The notes beneath the pieces are model-generated. The model saw only the letters and a program-made list of their open reading frames with translations, was not told where the DNA came from and made no database searches. From the IMG/VR virus record IMGVR_UViG_3300031994_000039, positions 48,507-112,506 of that record: a DNA stretch of 64,000 bases, one strand, 5' to 3'. The DNA is from a virus (taxonomy: Duplodnaviria; Caudoviricetes). The position numbers were made by a program, and so were the translations under genes. Below, in pieces: positions 60,331-64,000 of this stretch (positions are counted from its first letter, which is position 1; each line of letters opens with the position of its first letter).

Positions 60331-61227
60331 ATGGCAGTAACAGGTGGGGGCACAGAATCAAATCCATACGTAGTGCATAGTTATGATGAAATAGCTTATG
60401 TTATGACTAACTATCTTTCATCTGCTCATGTATATATGTTACTTGATAATGATATAGATTGTAACACTTACGGATCTACATTTGAATGGCAACAGTTAAA
60501 CTTTCCGGGTAATTATAATATCGGTTTCACCTTAGACTTGGGCGGTTATGCTATAAAAACTTTTAAACTCCGTGAAAACAATGCAATGTTTGGTGTACAT
60601 GGTGGAAATGGTTACGAATCAACTATAAAGAATGGCAAGATACTAAATGTGTTTGCTGGTCGGTCAAGAGGATTATTTGCTTATACGACTGGTGTGTATA
60701 AACAGAGTATCTTAGATAATGTAAGCATATCAATGTCTTTGGAAACCGGACTGATGGATGCTAATGTTGCAATAGACGCAGCTATTAAAAATAGTTCGAT
60801 ATATATCGAAGGTAGCTGGACAAGTGATCATCAGGATAATGGATTACTTTGGCATCGTGGTTCGGACGTAGGCGGATTCATCGTTGATTCTGATTTCTTA
60901 GTTGACGTAAATCTTGGCACAATTTGTTTTGATAAAGGTAATGGTACTACAGAACGATGCAGATTTAGAGGTTCTTGTATTGGCGGTGCTAAATATAATG
61001 GTGTTTTAGGCGGTAAATTAATGAACTGTGTTGTTGACCTTGACCTTGACATATCTACTTCATACAGACTGTGTTATGACCAAAATTCAAATGGCATAGT
61101 TAATGAGGATAAAATACCGTCCGGGTTTAATGTATGCGGATTAACAAAAGTAACTTCTCAGGAAATTATAAATGGTGCTGCATTAAGAGCAAAAGGATTT
61201 GAGGTTACGAATGTGGTAGGTGGTTAG
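60331..61227 (+). CDS. putative beta-helical adhesin/receptor-binding protein, paralog 2
   Basis: GGGTESNPYVV, IDCNTYGS shared with paralog 1. Confidence 0.65.
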   Translation: MAVTGGGTESNPYVVHSYDEIAYVMTNYLSSAHVYMLLDNDIDCNTYGSTFEWQQLNFPGNYNIGFTLDLGGYAIKTFKLRENNAMFGVHGGNGYESTIKNGKILNVFAGRSRGLFAYTTGVYKQSILDNVSISMSLETGLMDANVAIDAAIKNSSIYIEGSWTSDHQDNGLLWHRGSDVGGFIVDSDFLVDVNLGTICFDKGNGTTERCRFRGSCIGGAKYNGVLGGKLMNCVVDLDLDISTSYRLCYDQNSNGIVNEDKIPSGFNVCGLTKVTSQEIINGAALRAKGFEVTNVVGG

Positions 61228-61229
61228 CT

Positions 61230-61601
61230 ATGGCATGGTATATAGTTGACGGTGATTTGCCTTATGAAAACGAGTTTATTGATAATGCATTTTCAGAATC
61301 ATACACTATTGACGAAACTCCGGTATTGTTTTGGCAGATAATAGATGGAGCAATACCATTCAGACCGTCCGGTTATCCTCAGATGTATACGGTTAATGAC
61401 GTTCCTGATTCTTTTTGGAGGATTATTGACGGTGATGATCCATTTAGACTTACTTTTCCACCAATGCCAAAACCACCACGATGGGTTAAGAATTACAAAG
61501 GCAAACACTCTAAAGTCATCATCCCGATTTACAAACAGACTATCCCCGTAGGCAAAATCCTAAGAGGTGATGATAGCCCGGCAGATCCACAATCGGGGTG
61601 A
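61230..61601 (+). CDS. Trp/Pro repeat protein, paralog 2
   Basis: Three WxIxDG..P(F/Y) repeats. Confidence 0.7.
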   Translation: MAWYIVDGDLPYENEFIDNAFSESYTIDETPVLFWQIIDGAIPFRPSGYPQMYTVNDVPDSFWRIIDGDDPFRLTFPPMPKPPRWVKNYKGKHSKVIIPIYKQTIPVGKILRGDDSPADPQSG

Positions 61602-61607
61602 TAATAC

Positions 61608-62003
61608 ATGATTAAAATAATTTGGCGTGGCTGGCTTTATGACGGAAAGAAATCACCATACATCGCTGTCGAAAACGGGACGGCAATCAAACTTCAGGGA
61701 ACGGGAAACGGAACGGCAACCTTAAAAGGAATACTATCTGATAATACTTCCCCGGTAAACATAGGACTGATACGCTGCAATGACTTAGCAAAAAGAAAGA
61801 AGTTGCTGACCGATGATGTTTACTACGCAGACATATCAGGGTATAAATATATTACTTTGCAGAACGAAGGCTTTAGTAAGGTCTATGGAGTTATCTTTGG
61901 AGAAGCTGAAGAAAAGACTCCAACTGAAACTGAAGTGCATGAATACTATGCAAAGGTATTACTTGATGAATATAAACAAAGAGTTATCGTATCAAAACAT
62001 TGA
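61608..62003 (+). CDS. hypothetical beta-rich protein, paralog of 62678-63016
   Basis: IIW..YDG, QGxGxG..TLKG, VY.AD(I/V)SGY shared. Confidence 0.7.
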   Translation: MIKIIWRGWLYDGKKSPYIAVENGTAIKLQGTGNGTATLKGILSDNTSPVNIGLIRCNDLAKRKKLLTDDVYYADISGYKYITLQNEGFSKVYGVIFGEAEEKTPTETEVHEYYAKVLLDEYKQRVIVSKH

Positions 62004-62014
62004 GAGGTGATTTT

Positions 62015-62314
62015 ATGAACAAAGAAAAGATTACTGCTGGCACAATTATAAGAGCATTATGTTTAATTCTTGCACTTGTAAATCTTACTCTTGAAACAAT
62101 GGGCAAGAGAATTATTCCTATTACCGATGATCAGATTAGTGAACTTGTGACACTTGTAATCACAATCGCTACATCACTTGTCGGTTTTTGGAAGAACAAT
62201 TCATTCACACAGGAAGCTATTATTGCAGATGGGATTATGCATGATTTAAAATCCTTTAAAGGTAAGACAGTAGAACCGGAAGAAAATTCTGAAACTACTC
62301 AGGATGGTGATTAG
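62015..62314 (+). CDS. SPP1-type holin
   Basis: GTIIR..LILALVN...FWKNNSFTQEA. Confidence 0.88.
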   Translation: MNKEKITAGTIIRALCLILALVNLTLETMGKRIIPITDDQISELVTLVITIATSLVGFWKNNSFTQEAIIADGIMHDLKSFKGKTVEPEENSETTQDGD

Positions 62315-62316
62315 TT

Positions 62317-62667
62317 GTGGATGAAACAAGGATTTATGAAATCGGCTCAAAGGTCGAGAAACATGATGAAGATATAAAAGAGATTAAGATTGACATTAAG
62401 GATCTGTATGCTAAGACAAGTTTGCTCACAGAACTGTCAATATCAATTAAAACTCTTGCTGAAAATTTAAAGGACGTAAAACAAACAGTCGTTGACATAA
62501 AGAAAGATCAGGATGAGTTTAAGGATGAAGTGGCGGCATTAAAAAGTCTGCCTACACAATCCAAGGCTAAGATGTTTGATAAGGCAGTAATTGCTGTAGT
62601 GTCTGCTATTGGCGGTGGAATCCTGATGTATTTACTGAAAGTGGTGTTCCCACAAATATTCTCATAA
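62317..62667 (+). CDS. XhlA-like coiled-coil membrane protein
   Basis: Coiled coil plus C-terminal TM helix, next to holin. Confidence 0.65.
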   Translation: MDETRIYEIGSKVEKHDEDIKEIKIDIKDLYAKTSLLTELSISIKTLAENLKDVKQTVVDIKKDQDEFKDEVAALKSLPTQSKAKMFDKAVIAVVSAIGGGILMYLLKVVFPQIFS

Positions 62668-62677
62668 TGGTGATTTT

Positions 62678-63016
62678 ATGGATGAAGAAACATTTGTTAT
62701 GAAAGGACTGAGAAAGAACATGACAAGAATTATTTGGAATGATGAGATATACGATGGCACAACAGCAAAGGTTGTTGATGTAGTCGGTGCAGAACAGTGT
62801 AAGATTCAGGGCGTTGGTTCGGGTTCGTACACACTGAAGGGCAGACTTAGTACAACAGCATCATTTGATACTATCTGCACAATCAAGGTTTCTGATTTTA
62901 GCAAGAAGTCCGAGATTACAGACACAGCGGTTTACTCTGCTGATGTATCAGGCTATTCACAGGTTACGGTCGAGGCAGACGGTCTTGATAGTATAACCGC
63001 AGTTCTCATGGGATAA
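62678..63016 (+). CDS. hypothetical beta-rich protein, paralog of 61608-62003
   Basis: Shares the motifs listed for the paralog; start may be 62720. Confidence 0.7.
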   Translation: MDEETFVMKGLRKNMTRIIWNDEIYDGTTAKVVDVVGAEQCKIQGVGSGSYTLKGRLSTTASFDTICTIKVSDFSKKSEITDTAVYSADVSGYSQVTVEADGLDSITAVLMG

Positions 63017-63027
63017 GGGGTGATAAT

Positions 63028-64000
63028 ATGGCTATAGATCCAATAGCAAGAGGTATGGCTGCCGGAGCTGGTGGCGGAGGTGGCGGTGTTGATGTTGGTA
63101 TTGATGCCGGTACTGGTATTCGCTTTACCGGGACAGATCCTATTACCATAATCAACACTGGTGTTACTGCTGTTACAACTCCGGGCGATAATGATACGCT
63201 CGCTGAAGATGGTACTATCAAGGTAGCTAATCCGGGCGCAGAAAACAGCGCAGACAGAGTTCATTATGTCAAGGTTAAAGGTATTAATAATGCAGCTTTC
63301 AAGGACGTTGATGATGTAATTAATGATACCAAGGCAACATCAACTAATGTCCCGACTACAAAGGCAGTATATGATGAACTCGAAAAGAAGTTAGAAGCCG
63401 ACCTTGATACTACAGCTTTTACAGATGATAACGATCATGTACCGTCATCTAAACTTGTAAAGGGAAAGCTTGACGATAAGCTTGATAATACACTCACAAT
63501 CAATGGTGTGTCTTATGACAGCACTAATGATTCTTATACGCTCGATGGCGATGATGTTGATCTTACTGGATACGCACCAATATCAAGCGGTGCTGAAGAA
63601 GATGTAGCTGCAACAGACAGTGTTAATGATGCAGTAGCAAAGATAGAATACAAGGCTGATAATCGTATTCCTACAGACAATATTGATAGCGACTTCCCTG
63701 TTAACCCGGATGCTACACACGTTCTTGCATCAACAGTAGCAAGTGCAACATTTCAGGGTACAGGGACAGTAGGCGTTAATCCTAAGAAGGGTTTAGTTCC
63801 AGCTCCAAGTACAACTTCAGGAACAGAAACAAGATTCTTAAAGGCAGACGGAACATGGGCAACTCCGCCTAACACTGAGTATTCTTCCGGTACTGGTATT
63901 AATATTAGCAATGCTGGAGAAATTACAAACACTGGTGTTACAGATGTATCAGCTTCAGATATTGCAGATCCGTCAATTGCAGACGGTACATTCAAGGTAG
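63028..64000 (+). CDS. tail fibre-like protein (runs off the window end)
   Basis: ATG 63028 behind GGGGTG; frame appears open to 64000; GLVPAP...FLKADGTWATP and GTGI..I.NTGV fibre motifs. Confidence 0.75.
   Translation, partial: MAIDPIARGMAAGAGGGGGGVDVGIDAGTGIRFTGTDPITIINTGVTAVTTPGDNDTLAEDGTIKVANPGAENSADRVHYVKVKGINNAAFKDVDDVINDTKATSTNVPTTKAVYDELEKKLEADLDTTAFTDDNDHVPSSKLVKGKLDDKLDNTLTINGVSYDSTNDSYTLDGDDVDLTGYAPISSGAEEDVAATDSVNDAVAKIEYKADNRIPTDNIDSDFPVNPDATHVLASTVASATFQGTGTVGVNPKKGLVPAPSTTSGTETRFLKADGTWATPPNTEYSSGTGINISNAGEITNTGVTDVSASDIADPSIADGTFKV

Noticed and set aside
250-63995. Many short antisense or overlapping ORFs in the track (e.g. 250-594, 5308-5775, 10540-10959, 45945-46253, 63753-63995)
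   Set aside because: They shadow well-supported genes or RNAs, lack an RBS and show no recognisable motifs

Overview
The window is a 64-kb segment of a large SPbeta-like siphophage or prophage, probably of a Firmicutes (Clostridia-type) host. The right arm (+ strand, ~18.3-64 kb) carries a putative origin, an SF2-like helicase, a YonO-like single-subunit RNA polymerase, a tyrosine recombinase, HU, terminase, portal, protease/scaffold, capsid, head-tail proteins, tail tube, a ~3300-aa tape measure, Dit, Tal, duplicated receptor-binding cassettes and holins. Five group I introns interrupt four of these genes (RNAP, terminase x2, head-closure gene, tape measure), and two of the introns appear to end in A rather than G. 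The left arm (- strand, 1-17.8 kb) is an accessory region. Its most notable part is one co-directional cluster behind a sigmaA-type promoter at 12087-12115: two ubiquitin-like proteins, a duplicated 126-aa protein, an E2-like protein, a JAB/JAMM peptidase, an acidic protein, a ThiF/E1 enzyme and a retron-type reverse transcriptase. Two separate paralogous retron-like msr-msd ncRNAs lie in intergenic gaps of this cluster (6119-6398 and 10125-10437). They share a1/a2 inverted repeats, a candidate branching G, covarying stem-loops and linker motifs, but have unrelated msd hairpins. Downstream is a cluster of tRNAs and tRNA-like RNAs, most with atypical anticodon arms. All calls come from manual motif reading; no database searches were run.
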